From positions 1 to 59,083 of IMG/VR virus record IMGVR_UViG_3300042568_000868: a DNA stretch of 59,083 bases. One strand, 5' to 3'. The position numbers and the translations under genes are program-made. Below the pieces are notes generated by a model, which was given only the letters and a program-made list of their open reading frames with translations, was not told where the DNA came from and made no database searches. The stretch is from a virus. Taxonomy: Duplodnaviria > Caudoviricetes. Shown here piece after piece: positions 57,663 through 59,083 of this stretch. The first letter of the stretch is position 1; every line of letters begins with the position of its first letter.

Positions 57663-57681
57663 TTTTTAAACCAAACCAATT

Positions 57682-58680
57682 ATGAAGATAGAAATACCAT
57701 ATTATTTAGATTCAAGTAGAATATCTAATAGTGCATTAGGCTGGTTCAAAAAATCACCAAAATACTATAGAGATAGACTTGATGGAAAAATACCTGGAGA
57801 ATCTTCTAAAGCCATGGAAAATGGTACAGCAGTACATATGTATATCTTACAGCCAGAAGAATTTAAGAAGGAATACAAGGTTTTAAACTTTGAATCACCT
57901 TCATCGCCTAATCAAAAGAAGTTTTGTTTAGATTACATAAATTCAAAGGCCACTACAGCCAAATTAAAGGCCTTAGAGGCATTTAAAAGTAATTATAGTG
58001 CAACTGGTAAGAAAGATGATGAAATGGCCTTAAAAGGGCTAGAAATAGCCTTAAAGCTTAAGGACTACATCAAATGGATTAGATACTCAAATGGAAATGT
58101 AAAAACATTAACATGGTCAGAATTGAATTCTCTAAAACTTATAAAAGAATCAGTTCTTTTGCATAAAAAGGCAAAGGAATTATTGTTAACTAACGATAAC
58201 TCTGAATCAAAAGTAAGCTTTAGTGAGTTTCATATAAATTGGGAATTTGTAACAGAGAACAAAATAAAACTGAATTGCAAATCTCTTATAGATAGAATAA
58301 AAATAGATCATGAAGCAAAGACTGTATATCTAATAGATATAAAGACTACAGGATCTATAAGTGATTTTAAGAAATCATTCAATGAGTATGACTATGGAAG
58401 GCAGATGGCTTTCTATTGGTATGCTATATGCTGGTACTTTGATAACGTATCAAAGATAGATATATCTGAATACAAACAAAGCACATATATAGTTGCTATA
58501 GAATCCAGAAACAAAGAAGTAAAAGTTCTTGAAGTTCCAGAATCTATATTAATTGAAAAATCTAAAGAGATAAAAAACATAATATCTCAAATAGAATGGC
58601 ACGAAAAACATAATTTATGGGAATTCTCTAAAGAATACTATGAGAATGACGGAGTAGAAACATCATTATATGAAGTATAA
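57682..58680 (+). CDS. PD-(D/E)XK exonuclease (RecE/DUF3799-like)
   Basis: ISNS, GTAVH, KSLID, IDIKTT, YDYGRQMAFY. Confidence 0.85.
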   Translation: MKIEIPYYLDSSRISNSALGWFKKSPKYYRDRLDGKIPGESSKAMENGTAVHMYILQPEEFKKEYKVLNFESPSSPNQKKFCLDYINSKATTAKLKALEAFKSNYSATGKKDDEMALKGLEIALKLKDYIKWIRYSNGNVKTLTWSELNSLKLIKESVLLHKKAKELLLTNDNSESKVSFSEFHINWEFVTENKIKLNCKSLIDRIKIDHEAKTVYLIDIKTTGSISDFKKSFNEYDYGRQMAFYWYAICWYFDNVSKIDISEYKQSTYIVAIESRNKEVKVLEVPESILIEKSKEIKNIISQIEWHEKHNLWEFSKEYYENDGVETSLYEV

Positions 58681-59083
58681 TAATAACGCAACAAACACTG
58701 CAATATATCTATTACCGTCTGTATTACTACATACTTTAGATTATTACGGTATAAGAGAAGCCGACTTAGATAAGGTAAGTGTTATGAATTATGATATAAA
58801 TAAGCCTCACTTAGATAAACATCTATTTATAATGATAGAAGTATCATTATTTAAGAATCTAAGAATATACGCATTTCAAAGAGAACGTAATTTCGAAAGA
58901 TATTATTTTTCTAGAATAGCGGATAAGGATTATATCATATTCGTATTTAAAATTATAGATGGACTGTATTTTAAGGATACAAACATATATGAAAGTGTAT
59001 GTTTAGGCAATGTCCAATTGCTACCATTTACATACAAGAAATTTATATGTTCTTATTGGGACGTATCATTTAAATTTGATAAT
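58670..59083 (+). CDS. Hypothetical protein, partial (runs off window edge)
   Basis: Manual translation MKYNNNATNTAIYLLP...DINKPHLDKHLF, open to the end. Confidence 0.6.
   Translation, partial: MKYNNNATNTAIYLLPSVLLHTLDYYGIREADLDKVSVMNYDINKPHLDKHLFIMIEVSLFKNLRIYAFQRERNFERYYFSRIADKDYIIFVFKIIDGLYFKDTNIYESVCLGNVQLLPFTYKKFICSYWDVSFKFDN

Noticed and set aside
1-59083. Stop-codon reassignment (known in some crAss-like phages)
   Set aside because: TerL, portal, MCP and helicase are full length in the standard code; TAG and TGA end genes at normal boundaries; no suppressor tRNA seen

Overview
This AT-rich window is a fragment of a crAss-like phage (Crassvirales; Bacteroidota host inferred from A-rich leaders without Shine-Dalgarno motifs) read in the standard genetic code. 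Positions 1-28.5 kb (minus strand) are a late/structural block: GroES-like protein, RNase H, IHF-like protein, ThyX, adenine MTase, RusA-like resolvase, GIY-YIG endonuclease, TerL, portal, scaffold, major capsid, ring/auxiliary capsid proteins, tail fibres and a holin/spanin/lysozyme cassette. After a strand switch at about 28.5-29.2 kb the plus strand carries early and replication genes: amidoligase-like protein, GNAT, ECF sigma, DnaB-like helicase, an AAA ATPase split by a group I intron with an HNH-type endonuclease, SSB-like protein, primase, peptidase and a PD-(D/E)XK nuclease. The most unusual content is RNA, all identified by eye and not yet tested with covariance models. It includes a circularly permuted two-piece tmRNA whose intervening segment is a tRNA-like gene with a defective anticodon arm, a minimal HDV-like (theta-type) ribozyme, a 4-unit array of covarying twin-hairpin elements, several tRNA mimics without a normal anticodon arm, and two large (about 1.1 and 1.7 kb) gene-free tracts dense with nested stems. 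Five AAC-N16/17-CGTT sites match ECF promoter architecture and plausibly form the regulon of the phage's own sigma factor.
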